The notes beneath the pieces were generated by a model. The model was not told the DNA's origin. It ran no database searches and saw only the letters and a program-made list of their open reading frames with translations. A program made the translations under genes and the position numbers. Shown piece by piece: positions 1-14,462 of a DNA stretch of 64,000 nucleotides (position 1 is its first letter; each line of letters opens with the position of its first letter). Origin of the DNA: Octopus vulgaris (Eukaryota); the NCBI GenBank assembly GCA_951406725.2, contig OX597826.1, forward strand, positions 8,618,001 to 8,682,000. The letters are read 5' to 3'.

Positions 1-652
1 CCTGTTACTTTACGCACCATTTTGAAAGGTTTCAATTTTGTACACGGAAAATAAACTTTGCAGGATGCATGGACGAAGGCGGAATTATGATAGGGTTGCT
101 GTTTTTTCGTTTTTGTTATTGTTGTTGTTGACAAGTATCTGTTGTTGTTGTACTTGTTTAATCGTCCGCCCCGTTTCGGAAGAGTTATGAATAAGGCCGT
201 TCTTTATATTATCACGTGAATTTCTTCCATTTTGAAGAAGCGACGGTATGATCTGATGGATATTTCATTAATACTTTTATAAAAACTGCATACTGCTGTT
301 CGTGAGTGTGTGTGCGTGTGTGTGTGTGCCTGCTTGTGTGTCTGTGTGTGTGTCTGTGTGTATGTGCATAATTGCTATTGACGAAGCCCAAAGAGGTAGA
401 AATTCATATTTAGCAATGCCTTCACCGCGGCTGAACGATATTCATCTGCTACTGACATATTTCTGTGTATTTTTAACACTGTACGTCTATACGCCTATAC
501 AAAATAATATCTCAGAAAAAATACCACAGTAAATCAGGTTTTCATTGATACATATGCTTTATGTATGGTATACAGACTGCTCTCCCTCTCTCTTTCTCTT
601 TCTCTGTCTCTGTCTGGCTCTCTCTCTCTATTTCCCTCTCTCTCTCTCTCTG

Positions 653-696
<44 letters not shown>

Positions 697-724
697 TGTA
701 TGGACGGGTGTACTTATATACATA

Positions 725-870
725 TATAGGCGTGGTTGTATAAGAAGAAGCTTGCTTACCAACCACATGGTTTAGGGTTCTGTTCCACTGCGTGACACTT
801 TGCACAAGGGGCCATCCATAGCCTTGTGAGTGGATTTGGTTGACGGAAACTGAAAGAAGCTCGTCGTATA
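725..870 (+). mobile_element. tRNA-derived CORE-type SINE, 5' portion
   Basis: agcttgcttaccaaccacatgg..gttccactgcgtg..cact..ccttgtgagtggatttgg..gacggaaactgaaagaagc matches the copies at 36400, 43060 and 56205. Confidence 0.75.
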
Positions 871-926
871 TATATATAAACGCAGTTAAAGTTACTGAAA
901 CGTGTACAGGAATAAAAGTACAGAAA

Positions 927-967
<41 letters not shown>

Positions 968-974
968 AGGAGAG

Positions 975-1045
<71 letters not shown>

Positions 1046-1932
1046 CAGACAGATAGACCGACCGACAGACAGACAGACAGACAGACATATAGATAGATAG
1101 ATACATACATACATACATACATACAGATATACATACATACATACATACATACATACATACATACATACATACATACATACATACATACATACATACATAC
1201 ATACATACATACATGCATAATGTACACGTAACGATCGACAGAATTCTGTCCATTGCTAATTTGCGGTTGTTGTTATTGTTGTCGTTTTCCCAGTTATTCT
1301 GTGCTCCAGAAAACGATATCCATACGTGGTGTTCCTATGTTGCAGACATAGCGTACGATTTGAGAAGTTATTTTGTTCTCATTTCTAGCATTTCAAGTGA
1401 CCACTTGATGACGTTTGTTGCGTTCGTAACGGATGGCGGTATCTGAGCTGATGGCTGTATTATACGACATGAGGTGAACCAGTTCAGATTAATCTTAAGG
1501 AACAACATAACACCAGATGTATAAAAGAAGATAAGGAAAGCCATAAGCGGAAGACCTGACTTTGCTAAATGAGTTTCTGCCAAAGAAACAGATTCTCACG
1601 GAACATTAAGTGGGATGATGTTATTCGGGTATTTAAAACAAATGGCAGATTATTTTTTTTTATGATTGCGCAACAGATATAAACACACAGGCGCACATGT
1701 CAATATTTCTGTGTGTATCTGCGAGTGTATGTGCGTGTGTGTGTGTGTGTCTCTGTGTGTGCGTGTGTCTCTGTGTGTGCGTGTGTGCTTGCGTGTGTGT
1801 GGGCGTGTGTATACGTATCTGTGCATGTGATCATGAGTGTAAGAATTTCTTTACGTCGGGATAGAGATGTATGTATATGCAAGGAAATGCCTGCGCGCTT
1901 ACACATACACACATACATACGTACATATATAT

Positions 1933-2000
<68 letters not shown>

Positions 2001-2076
2001 GTATATATATATACGTATATATATATATATACATATATATATATAAGCGAGAATGAAGCAACAAGAATGGATAGGT

Positions 2077-2167
2077 TTTTAGTACAATCGTTTCATACAA
2101 GGACAGGTTTTATTAAAAGTTGCAAAGATTACAGCATATAAACGTGTCCCGTACTCATCAGCTAAAA
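2077..2167 (-). ncRNA. Minimal type I hammerhead ribozyme (left arm)
   Basis: Reverse strand reads ttttag-CTGATGA-gtacgggacacg...ctgtccttgtat-GAAA-CgattG-TA-ctaaaa. Confidence 0.8.
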
Positions 2168-2771
2168 TACATGTGAGTTCTCTAGACATCCTAGTGGTTG
2201 AGGCTATACTCATGAAGTAATGTAGATAATTAAGTAACATAAACAGATTTCAAAAGTTCATTAAAGTTCTTTAAAGATGATGTACAGTCTTATCACAGAA
2301 TTTTAAAAAAGTCTTAATAGCATCACAGAGAAGGTGACCCAATCCATAGTGCACATATGAATTTCCAGAGATATGATGAGGGATTACATACTCACAGAAG
2401 GCAAATTTATCCATTGTTAATTACAACGAGGTGGGTTTCAATTCCTGCTTATTAGCATTACAGAGAGGATCCTCTCTGTAATGCTAATAAGCAGGAATTG
2501 AAACCCACCTCGTTGTAATTAACAATGGATAAATTTGCCTTCTGTGAGTATGTAATCCCTCATCATATCTCTGGAAATTCATATGTGCACTATGGATTGG
2601 GTCACCTTCTCTGTGATGCTATTAAGACTTTTTTAAAATTCTGTGATAAGACTGTACATCATCTTTAAAGAACTTTAATGAACTTTTGAAATCTGTTTAT
2701 GTTACTTAATTATCTACATTACTTCATGAGTATAGCCTCAACCACTAGGATGTCTAGAGAACTCACATGTA

Positions 2772-2862
2772 TTTTAGCTGATGAGTACAGGACACGTTTA
2801 TATGCTGTAATCTTTGCAACTTTTAATAAAACCTGTCCTTGTATGAAACGATTGTACTAAAA
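2772..2862 (+). ncRNA. Minimal type I hammerhead ribozyme (right arm), predicted cut after GUA 2856
   Basis: Stem I ttttag/ctaaaa, core CTGATGA 2778-2784, long stem II tacaggaca/tgtccttgta, GAAA 2845-2848, very short stem III. Confidence 0.82.
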
Positions 2863-3062
2863 CCTATCCATTCTTGTTGCTTCATTCTCGCTTATAATCA
2901 CCCCACATTACTGTATTGTTAAATCAGTATAGTTTTTTTTGGTGCATCTAAGTTAGGTACCATATTCAAGTAAATTCATTTAAATTAACTTGAATCTTTA
3001 TTGCTTTTTGCATATATATATATATATATACTAACATATATACACACATACATATATATATG

Positions 3063-3109
<47 letters not shown>

Positions 3110-3434
3110 GCACACACACATATATATGTATATACATGAATACGGTTATTAGCATAAACATGTGTGTAAGGATATTTACATATGCATACGCACTTATAGC
3201 CCTATACATGTGTGTGTACATATGGTTATATTGGCACACACACACACTCAAATACACGTATACATATGTGTATATACATGCATGTGCACGTATGCATGTC
3301 CACGTATGTATGTGTTTGTGTATGTACAGTTATACGCAAGCAAATGGGCAACAGTAACCTAAATAACCAAACACACTAAAATCATGTTGTTTATACGACA
3401 GGAAGAAACCGTAATACGTCAGCAGCGAGCAAGA

Positions 3435-3435
<1 letters not shown>

Positions 3436-3466
<31 letters not shown>

Positions 3467-3471
3467 GCAAC

Positions 3472-3521
<50 letters not shown>

Positions 3522-3546
3522 TAACAACAACAAGAACAACAATAAC

Positions 3547-3587
<41 letters not shown>

Positions 3588-3903
3588 TAACAACGACAAC
3601 AACAATAACAATAATAATAATAATAATAACAGCAACAACAACAACAACAACAACAATAATAATAATAATAATGATAATAATAATAATGATGATAACAACA
3701 ACAACAACAACAATAACAATAATAATAATAATAATGATGATAACAACAACAACAACAATAATAATAATAACAATAATAATAATAACAACAACAACAACAA
3801 TAATAATAACAACAACAATAATAATAATAACAACAACAACAACAACAACAACAATAATAATAATAACAACAATAATAATAACAACAATAATAACAACAAC
3901 AAC

Positions 3904-3935
<32 letters not shown>

Positions 3936-4149
3936 CAATAATAATAACAACAATAATAATAACAACAATAATAATAACAACAATAATAATAATAATAATA
4001 ATAACAACAACAACAACAATAATAATAATAACAACAACAATAATAATAACAACAATAATAATAACAACAACAACAATAATAATAATAATAATAATAACAA
4101 CAATAATAATAACAACAATAATAATAACAACAATAATAATAACAACAAC

Positions 4150-4181
<32 letters not shown>

Positions 4182-4278
4182 CAACAACAACAATAATAAT
4201 AATAATAATAACAACAACAACAATAATAATAACAACAATAATAATAACAACAACAACAATAATAATAATAATAACAAC

Positions 4279-4322
<44 letters not shown>

Positions 4323-4370
4323 CAACAACAACAACAACAACAATAATAATAATAATAATAATGATAATAG
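3436..4370. repeat. ~930-bp compound (AAC)n/(AAT)n microsatellite
   Basis: Read directly; explains the poly-L, poly-Y/C and poly-I/T ORFs. Confidence 0.98.
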
Positions 4371-4884
4371 TTACATGGCCATTTAGTGTTTAATTGAAAG
4401 TCAAGCAAGGCTGCTACCAACCATCGGTAATGATTGGTTTGTAAGTTGACTGATGTCGATAGTAAAAGGTTTGTCTTCAGAAGCAGATGTTGATTATTAA
4501 GATTGATAAATAGTTAATTCACTACGTTTAAGGCACCTTTGCCCTTCACATTGCACAAAACACATACACCCAGTCGTTATATATATTCTTAACAAAGTCT
4601 CCCTCCCGTTTTCTTCCCCTCTTTCTCTCTCTCTTTTTACCTCTTGCTCACTTGCTCTCCCTTCAAATGTTCTTGTTATTGTTGTTGGTTTTTAGATTGT
4701 GCTTTTTTTTCGTTTGTTTCTTTAAAGGTTCTTTCTGGTGCTTAGGTACTGAGTCTTATACTAACCAGCACCAGATCTAAGAATGGAAGAACGTGGAACA
4801 GATGAACGCTTCTTTGTTTCTGACCGACAGTCTATCATTAAATATTTGCCATTCAACCTATCTCTCTTTGTCTCTTTCTCTCTC

Positions 4885-4942
<58 letters not shown>

Positions 4943-5082
4943 ACACGTTCCCTCCTTCTCTCCCTCTCTTTCTCTCTGTCCCTTTTTATCTATCGATCTG
5001 TCTATCTGTCTATCTATCAATCAATCTATCTATCTATCAATCTTTCTATCTATTTATCAATCTATCTTGGAATCTGTTTCTC

Positions 5083-5119
<37 letters not shown>

Positions 5120-5161
5120 TTCTCACTGTTTCTTGATCTATCTATCTATCTATCTATCTAT

Positions 5162-5203
<42 letters not shown>

Positions 5204-5675
5204 TTACTTCTCTATTTATCAATTTATCTATCTCTCTACGCATGCCCTTAAACAGGATCCACCTGATATTACTGCTTTCACAAGTACATCATCATATACA
5301 TACATTTATATTTTCCATATATATATACACACATATACACATATATACATGTATGCATGTATATATGTATGTATATATTTGCGACTGTTATTCAAATTGC
5401 GTTTTATGTCGCCGGCGCACACTCCGAGTATTAACAGAGAGTAATGTCAGTACTTCAATACACATCTACATTCTCTTCGTTAATTACTTTTTCTCCTCTT
5501 GTTTATAAATTAAAAACTAGATTCCTCCACGCGCACAACACACACACGCACGAACGCACACACACATACACACACAGAGGCAACACAGACATATGTGTGT
5601 GTGTGTATGTATGTATATATATATATGTATATATATTATAAAGTATGTATATATATATATATATATAATATATAT

Positions 5676-5799
<124 letters not shown>

Positions 5800-6265
5800 A
5801 CATACATAAAATTATGTATGTATGTATATTTTATATCAATAGTCTATATATGTATATATATATATGTATGTATATTGTATACCATTAGTCTATATATGTG
5901 TATATATATATATATATATACACTTTTTAGGCTTTCCTGTATTGGTTCATTGAAATACGTTCCCACCATTCCTATTTTTATAGCCTACAGATGGTTGTCT
6001 AACTTTGACGTGATGGATGAATTGAGGGTTTGCTAGGCCATCTGCACGAAGGTAGACGAACAGACAGCCATGTGCAAAGTCAGATAAATAGAGGTTTTCA
6101 TTTGTGTGTGCTTGTTTGTATATGTGAGTGTGTGTGTGTGCTTGAGTCTGTCTGTGTCTGTGTCTGTGTATACATTTGCTTGTATACATGCATATATACG
6201 TACATATATATTCATATATAGACACACACATATATACATGCAAATACACGCACACACACACACAT

Positions 6266-6321
<56 letters not shown>

Positions 6322-6704
6322 TTATGCACACTCAAATATACTCTAAATGTAGCCCTACACGTGGAATACCCGATATATACATAAGTATACACCTGCATAT
6401 GTTATTCTATGTGTATGTGTGTGAGTGTATACGTGCGCGCTTGTGTTTGTCTGCATAGACCTACCTATTCGTACCGGTATGGATGATTACGAAGAATGTT
6501 TGCTTCGTAATTAGGAAGTCCGTAGTTCAAATACGCTGAATACCATCTTACAAGCTTTTGTTTTTCTTACACATTTGCCTACATATTTTTACTTAGAAGG
6601 ATGCAAATATTTTGAGCAGACTTCTTTTTCCTTGAATCATCGATGTCTTTGAATTTAACACGTTTGCTAACATTAGCACAATGCATAGTTTTAGTGATAG
6701 AGTA

Positions 6705-7164
6705 AAATAAAAACGATAAACGTCGCTCTTTTCAAGCGTAGCCAGTCGTAGCGAAAGAACACAACAGGGGTCGCCGCCACCCCCCCCGCCGGATCATCGT
6801 GGAGCTTTTAGGTGTTTTCGCTCAATAAACACACACAACGCCCGGTCTGGGAATCGAAACCGCGATCCTCCGACGGCAAGTCCGCTGCCCTAACCACTGG
6901 GCAATTGCGCCTCCATTGCGCCCTTTTAAAGCCTGGCCAGGCTCATAGGCCCGGTTTCCCGGTTTCAGTGGCGTATGTCTTCCCCAGCTGGACAGGACAT
7001 CAGTCCATCGCAGCGTTACTCATTTTTGCCAGCTGAGTGGACTGGAGCAACGTGAAATGAAATGTTTTGCTCAAGAACACAACGCGCCGCCCGGTCCAGG
7101 AATCGAAACCACAATCTTACGATCATGAGTCCAACACCCTAACCACGAAGCCACGGGCCTCCAC
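6705..7164 (-). mobile_element. Two head-to-tail tRNA-derived SINEs (7164-6916 and 6915-6705) inside one 14-bp TSD
   Basis: Each unit has A/B-box heads (reverse complements of ggaatcgaaacc and ctaaccac). TSD ttagtgatagagta at 6691-6704 and 7165-7178. Confidence 0.85.
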
Positions 7165-7766
7165 TTAGTGATAGAGTAGGCCTATTCAATGGACCCTATA
7201 ACTTGGGGAATACCAGCATGGATACCAGCACTACTATTTATTTTTACCGGCTCCGAAAAATAAGGCGAGCAACATCCATCTTAGCAGGATTTAAATTCTT
7301 AACGTAAATTAGTATAACTTTATGCAAAAACACATTGATTTCGACATCCAATAGATTCTGCCAACGTGCTGCTATTATGATATTATTATCGTGTACAGGT
7401 TAAGCGGGGCTGAGTGGAGAAGTGAGGCACGGCGTATCGTTCTTGAACTGAACTTCAATCATACCTATGTTAACCTTGAAAGGCTTGATCCGTGTCACTC
7501 GAAAAGCCTATTTCATCCCCACTCGTCATTATTTTCTTATCGTGATAGTCTTTCTATAGTGAAGATAGACAGTCGGACAGTTACTACTCTAACCTGTAAA
7601 AACAAAAAGAAAAAAAAGCTTCTTCCTCCGAACATTAACGCCAATCAATGACAAGGGCAACTCCTCGCGCCACTTCCGGCATTTGGCTGCTACTCATTTC
7701 CTGGGTGAACTGGTAGGTTAGTTGGTTAGTTAGATAGATAGATGGATAGATAGATATATAGATAGA

Positions 7767-7819
<53 letters not shown>

Positions 7820-7879
7820 TGACAGACAGATAGGCAGACAGATAGATAGTTAATTAGTAGTTAGTTAATTAGTTGGTTA

Positions 7880-8372
7880 ATTCTCTCCATACCATGTAAT
7901 ACATGAGGCCACAACACAATCTCCCCAACCAGCTCTGTTTCTTATTCCACTGTCCTAGTCTTATTCCAGCTTCCCCAACCTTTTCGCCTCTTTTCCTTGT
8001 CAATGGTCCTTCCCCATGTGGTTTTAGGGTACCCTGCTGCTCTTTTCCTCTCGGGCTCCCACTTTAGCGTCACCAATCAACCGTATTTTCGATCTTTGTC
8101 TCAGGACATGTCCGCTCCCATTCTAGCGTCTGCGTCGTATTTCATCACTGATCCGGTTGTTGCCCCGTGTCGTCTGAATCGTGAAATTTCGGACATTTTC
8201 CGGCCACTTGATGTCGAGTATTCTCTATAAGCTTGTGGAACGGAAGCTGTCCATTGCTATTTCTTCCATTGTTGTCACTTTCCAGTTTTCACATCCGTAG
8301 AGTAATACTGGTCGGACCAATATCTTCAACAGCTCCAGTTTCGTATTGCAGCCAATAACTTTGTTGAACGAA
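7880..8372 (-). mobile_element. RTE-clade LINE 3' fragment (degraded)
   Basis: Reverse translation gives VRPVLLYGCENWK, IRRRR..GHVLR and KR..GYPKTTW, typical of the RTE ORF C-terminus. Confidence 0.8.
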
Positions 8373-9599
8373 CTGCAATAATGTGAAATGAAGGATTTTT
8401 GTTCACTGATATAAATCGCTGCGCGGGAACCGAACCCACGATCTTAAAATCGTCAGCACCACATCTTTAACCTCCGCGTAAAAATCGATAAATCCGTTAT
8501 TGAACCGTTATCACATAATTATACATAATAGTAATAAACATGAGTCAATTTATCGTCTTTTCTGCTATAATTTCTCCGTGATTCTAAATCAAAACACAAA
8601 TATACACATGTACCAAATTAAAAACAAAAACGAAAAAAATACAGAAAAATATATATAAAATAATCAATAATATACATATATCGATTCATTCGTCTATATT
8701 CATTTCCGACAAGTATTGACCTTCTGCTTACTACATAACATGTCTACGGTTTTGTAGTTTGGCGATTATATTACTATCGAAGAATTCTCTAAATATATAT
8801 TTATAGCCTAAGGAGAAATAGAAATATTACTGAAGAATTTTTACGATTAATCATATATTGTTGCGAAACCCCAGGTCTTCTTTGATCGAGCAGACAGACC
8901 TATGGCATGTGGGCAGAGAGTAGGGAGGTAGGGGGGTAGGGACGTAGAGGTAGGGTGGTACGGGCAGGGAGGTAGGGGCAAGAGAGGTCGGTGTAGGGAG
9001 GTAGAGGAACCAACGATTAGGTAGTGCCCATACATACATACATACATACATGTGACATACACATACGACCACACGTACTTACATACGTATATACACACCC
9101 ATACACGCACACATACATACATACATGCATGCACATACATACGCATACATTCACACATACATATATATAAACATACACACACGTGCACACATTCATACAC
9201 ACGTACGCACACATGCATACATACATGCATACATATATATACAAATACATAGCTATACACATACATACATGCATAATACATAAACTCATACACACATATA
9301 TACATATACATATATGCATGCATACATACATACATACACACACATACATACACACGCATACATTCACGCATACGTACATACATACGTACACACTCATACA
9401 TGCGCACATGCATACATGCATACATACATCTACACATACATACATACATACATACATACATACATACATACATACATACATACATGCATACATACATACA
9501 TACATACATACACACACACATACATACATACATACATACATACATACATACATACATACATACATACATACATACATACATACATACATACATACAGTT

Positions 9600-9792
9600 T
9601 TACAGTACCCTACATACACATCCATCTTCATACCTATTATCTTTGGAACAACAGGACACATACGAAACCGCCTAGCGCGAAATATAGCTGAACTTGTGTT
9701 ATTGGGGAGGGAAAAGCGAATCCTTAATTCCATACACAAGTGGTCACGGTATCTGGTACTAGAAAAGTCTGCAAAACTTTCTCAAGATGTAA
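9600..9792 (+). mobile_element. RLE-type LINE (NeSL/R4/CRE-like) 3' end fragment
   Basis: YPTYTSIFIPIIFGTTGHI and, after a frameshift, SGTRKVCKTF resemble the PIIIGALG...GTVKICKTF C-terminus of RLE-type elements. Confidence 0.6.
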
Positions 9793-9949
9793 AAGACGAT
9801 GAACAAAACGAGACGCTTTCCTTCACAGCTTTGCTACCAAATAGGTCAAGCTTTACTCTAAATTAAAAAGAAAAGAAAACATACATACATGTATATATAA
9901 TTATTCCTAAGTGACATTCTGGATAAGCTAAGGTTTTCGGGGAAAGAAA

Positions 9950-10830
9950 TCAACCAGAGATTTAACTTGCAGGGAGAAGTTACATCTCTAACTAAACTTT
10001 ACTTTAATATCCTAAACTCTAACTTCCCACCAGAGCATAAATGCTACCCTGTCTTTGATAAAACATCATTTAAAATCTCTTACACTATCACACCTAATTT
10101 GGGATCCATAATCGCTTCCTCTAACAGAGGCAAACTACAACGCCAGTCCTAGGAACCTGCAATTTCTTACACTGCACCCCAAATCAAGTCACTTAGTGGC
10201 AAGAATACAACCCTCAGTAACCTCGACTAAATAATGACAGACTCAAAGCATCTTTCCACAACTCTACCCATGTGGTCACTTATACTAGCAATGAAATTCC
10301 CTCCCAGTCCAAAACGGATATAGATTGTACTTCAGGTTCTTCTTTACTAAAAACTGACCACTGGAATTTGACTTCCTCAGCGGTAAACACCAAACGCAGA
10401 GTAACGAGGAAAACTTGAAACTGTCGGGTTTCTTAACTCTCTCCTCTTGGAGGTTTCTGCCTGCGTAAAAATTTAGTCTACGTTCCCACCAAGCAAGCGT
10501 CTGTATCGGTGACACTGTTGATTTCAAGCGCCCCTACCATGAACATATGTACTCTTTCTCCGATCCAAATTATAAATTATAAACCTCCTTAGCAACTTAT
10601 ATAGATATATACAACATCAAATCTCCCTATACCCTACTCTGGTTCATCGTAAGTGAGGCTCCCCCATACAACGCAAACATCGGTATGAGCAAATTATATT
10701 TAAGAGAATCACTAACCATACTTCGCTATCACAACCCCTCATTACTTAATAGATTCTCAAATGTAATACTGTCTAGTAAACACAGGTTCTACTCATCATT
10801 TTCGCATTTTGATAAATCTATATAATCACA
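9950..10830 (+). mobile_element. Degraded Penelope-like element: RT thumb and GIY-YIG remnants
   Basis: NFPPEHKCYPVFDKTSFKISYTITPNLGSIIASSN resembles HFP..H.LHKIFNR.TVKVSYSC.PN...II..HN. From ~10495: CIGDTVDFKRPYHEHMYSF..TSLATYI..LLWFIVSEAPPYN..LLNR. Many stops. Confidence 0.8.
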
Positions 10831-11266
10831 TAATTATAAGTATCCTTAATTAAAATTAACATTGAGGTATGACAAGGTCAACCATGCAAATCACCGTCTC
10901 AACTAATTCCACCCTTTTCACTAAACAATTCTTTCTCACTGTTACTTTGCAAATTCTTCTAACCTACTACATCCCACCTCCCTCATAGTGGTCTTCTCTC
11001 ACTTCTCCTCCTTGACCAAAAAGCACTTAATGCTGCTTCACTCATTTGGATACTAACATATGTATGTATGTATATATGTATTTGCAGATTTGTATGTTTT
11101 ATCTATGCCTATATTTGCATATGCTTATATTTGCATATCTAGACACGCTAATATATATTTAAGTGATAAACTTCTGGAAGGTTTTATAGATCTTTATAGT
11201 TCCAGTGATGTACATATGTATAGATCTATGTATGTATGCGTATATATATATATATATTGAACAGCT

Positions 11267-11342
11267 GCAAAAATATCACAATAAATGTTACTCAGAACGG
11301 GAACGTATAAACTCTGAGTAACAGTTTTTGTGATATTTTTGC
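11267..11342. repeat. ~30-bp-arm hairpin in a probable PLE terminal remnant (11160-11430)
   Basis: gcaaaaatatcacaa..tgttactcaga pairs with tctgagtaaca..ttgtgatatttttgc. Confidence 0.7.
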
Positions 11343-11426
11343 TGCTTTTCAGTAAAGCATTTTACTCTACCTCTGGTATTCGAGTACTACTTTTTCCACC
11401 TTGTTTCGCATTTATGTTCTTACTCC

Positions 11427-11466
<40 letters not shown>

Positions 11467-11484
11467 TCTCTCTCTTTCTCTCTC

Positions 11485-11524
<40 letters not shown>

Positions 11525-12343
11525 GAGAGAGACAGACAAACAGACAGGGAGAGAGATCAAAGACTCTCCTTTTCTGGGTGGCATATGCACCTAGTCACAC
11601 ATACACATGGAATGCATAGGCACACAACAGAAACAGTAATGAAGCACACACTGAGATTCACACGCATGCACACACACACATAACATACACACGCACACAA
11701 ACTAGAATAGTCACGTGACCTGCACACCCACTAAACGAGTAAATGTTTATCGTTATGTACAAACGTTCCACAACACACGTATATACACATCCCCCAACCA
11801 ATTCAGATAAACACAGACCCCCAAAACCTTTACCAGCCTAAACAATAGACCTTTGCTATTTTGCTGATGGCAGACTTAAATTAGCAAAGAGAAAATTCTT
11901 AAATAGATTCCAAAGAAGCACACATACAATCTAGAGCATAGAAAATTCAGAGCATTTTATTTACCTGAAAGAAAACCCAAGGTTTCATGTCATTTGCTCT
12001 GATTTATAGTCGAATTCCCCGCAATATCACGAAATTTCAACTTCTTTCAATATTTTCTGCGAATTTTAATTTAAAATTTCTCATAATTGATTGTTTATAT
12101 AAATCACTTTTGCTTTTAAATGAATTTAATTTAGAATATAATAGTGATAATTGGAGAAATTAATTGTTTTTGAGCGTAAGCTGGTGATTATTTTAACCGT
12201 CGAGTTAATGAATTTGATCTCTGAATCTATATTCAATACACAAAGCTATGAAAACTGAGTAGTGTTCAATTGTATTTATCTAAAATAATTATACATGGTG
12301 ATTTTATACATACATACATATAATACATATATATAATAAATAA

Positions 12344-12422
<79 letters not shown>

Positions 12423-12869
12423 GCATACCGAATCCATTAACGTATTTCATATTACAATAAAATATGTCATTAAAATCAAACTTAATTCTGATACAGTTCT
12501 CAAAATGTTTTAAATCGAATTTCACTGTGGTTTTCGTTGTTGTTGTTTTTTTTACGAATTTTCATTTCAACTACATGAAACTATGTAAATGTAAATACAT
12601 TTGGGTTATATATATATATATGATATCATTATCTAAATCTAAAAGAATAATTTTCATTGTGCTAGTTGATTAAGTTACCGTTATTGCCATTATTTTCAGG
12701 GATGTACAGAATCACGATTTACAAGTAACATTAGCCCAGAAAACATTACTTAAGTGTTTGTACGGCCTGATACAGGAGAAAGCCTGTGGAGTTGGGTGAT
12801 TCCATGAATCATCGAACTGCTTAATATCTATCCTATCGTCCCCATTGTTCAGAGTGATTTAGTTAACTA

Positions 12870-13058
12870 CCGTATTCGATAGCGTATAAGATGCACATTT
12901 CCCACAAAGATATATATCAAAAAGTTGCCCGGGGCCCAATATACGAACATGGGCCTACATTACATGCTCTAATGTAAACATTTGTTTTTCTGAATACGCA
13001 CTGGTAAGCGTGAGGTGTGTCTAATATGCCCGTGCATCCTATATACCATCAAACACAA
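12870..13058. mobile_element. Tc2/pogo-type MITE (old)
   Basis: TA-CCGTATTCGATAGCGTATAAGATGCAC ... GTGCATCCTATATACCATCAAACACAA-TA: diverged terminal inverted repeats (TIRs) with TA flanks. Confidence 0.6.
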
Positions 13059-13355
13059 TAAGGGCTGTTTAAGTCCAGACCGACTCTGAGATGAGGCCCC
13101 GCTTGCTAGATCAATCGAACTTGGATGTAGAGGATTCATTGGAAACTATGAGGAGCGATTGCTGTTGGCACTATGCGTAACTCATAGTAAAGAAAATACC
13201 AGCATGAGTGATATCCAGGCTACAGTGGAAAAGGCATGCACTGGGTTTGGTTTGAACGAAATCTAAGTAGAAGACATTTACTCAAGGTGTCACGAGGTGG
13301 GACTGAACACGGAACCATGTACTTGAGACTTAAGCTGTTTACTACACACACACAC

Positions 13356-13397
<42 letters not shown>

Positions 13398-13400
<3 letters not shown>

Positions 13401-13755
13401 TAGGTGAATGAATTATCCTAGTATGGACAATTCGGTTAACCGATACCCGGGTAGCAAATTCACGTCAGAAAACACGGTTGAGGCTACATGCCAAGGGCAG
13501 AAATCACGTGCTTTCGTGTGGAAATTTGTGTGTTTTTTTAACTATAAATAAATGAAAGAATGGAGTTGAACGACGATTTAACAAAATTCCCTTATTCTCG
13601 ACATATGTTTCGAAGACTGCATATTCTCAATTCCGAAGGAATAAAGGGTGCATTATGCCGCCTTCTCATCAGGAAAGACAAGGAACTTATGTGCAGTCTT
13701 CGAAACATATGTCGAGAATAAAGGAATTTTGTTAAATCGTCGTTCATCTCCATTC

Positions 13756-13760
<5 letters not shown>
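13398..13760 (-). mobile_element. Short PLE fold-back element (arms 13552-13621 / 13692-13760, tail 13398-13551)
   Basis: 70-bp inverted arms. Tail and arm are homologous to 40979-41210 (taaccgatacc..ggtagcaaa, aatggagttgaacga). (TA)n on both sides. Confidence 0.85.
13596..13676 (-). ncRNA. Minimal hammerhead ribozyme with palindromic stem III, GUC site
   Basis: Reverse strand reads tttc-CTGATGA-gaaggcggcat...atgcagtcttc-GAAA-CATATG-TC-gaga. Confidence 0.85.
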
Positions 13761-13793
<33 letters not shown>

Positions 13794-14103
13794 CAAACGC
13801 ATGAATATGATCACAACTGTCCGATGAACGGTAATTCAATCTCTAACAGGTTGAGAAGAGTTGTGCACCTTAAAGTGTATGTGTGTGTGTGCTTGTAATG
13901 CATGTACATATAAGTCATTTTATTGATAATTAATACGTGTATATATATATAAATAATATAGATATATACATCATAAATACTTACGATATATACATATGCG
14001 CAAGCGGTTGAGATCGAGCTTGAGAGAACGTCTCTGTGAGTAGCCATGTGAGAGATATATTCGTAAGTGTGTATACTTTGTCTGTGTATGTGTAAAAGAG
14101 TAA

Positions 14104-14136
<33 letters not shown>

Positions 14137-14366
14137 TGTGTATGTGTGTGTGTGTGAGTGTTTGCGGCTGTGCTTGCTGTAGCACCCGCAATTTTACATA
14201 CGTGCACAACAACTCCAGTCTCTTTAAACGACCCATTTCTTTATCTCCTTTTACAGCTTTATCTTTCACCTTGAACTCTTTTTCTCATTTTCAATATTGA
14301 AATTTATCAATTCTCTCCTCTTCTTTTATTTCTCCACCCCTCTTACACACAAGCATTTCCATGTAT

Positions 14367-14462
<96 letters not shown>

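Larger units (their letters stand above)
2042..2990. mobile_element. PLE-derived fold-back element: near-perfect 855-bp palindrome (2042-2896) plus one-sided tail
   Basis: Arms of ~428 bp are reverse complements with no spacer, centred on GGATCC 2467-2472. By eye they differ by 1 indel and 1 substitution. Each arm has an HHR. The element is flanked by (TA)n. Confidence 0.85.

Noticed and set aside
8915-9015. G-quadruplex-like tract
   Set aside because: Degenerate (AGGT/AGGG)n microsatellite with no independent support for function.
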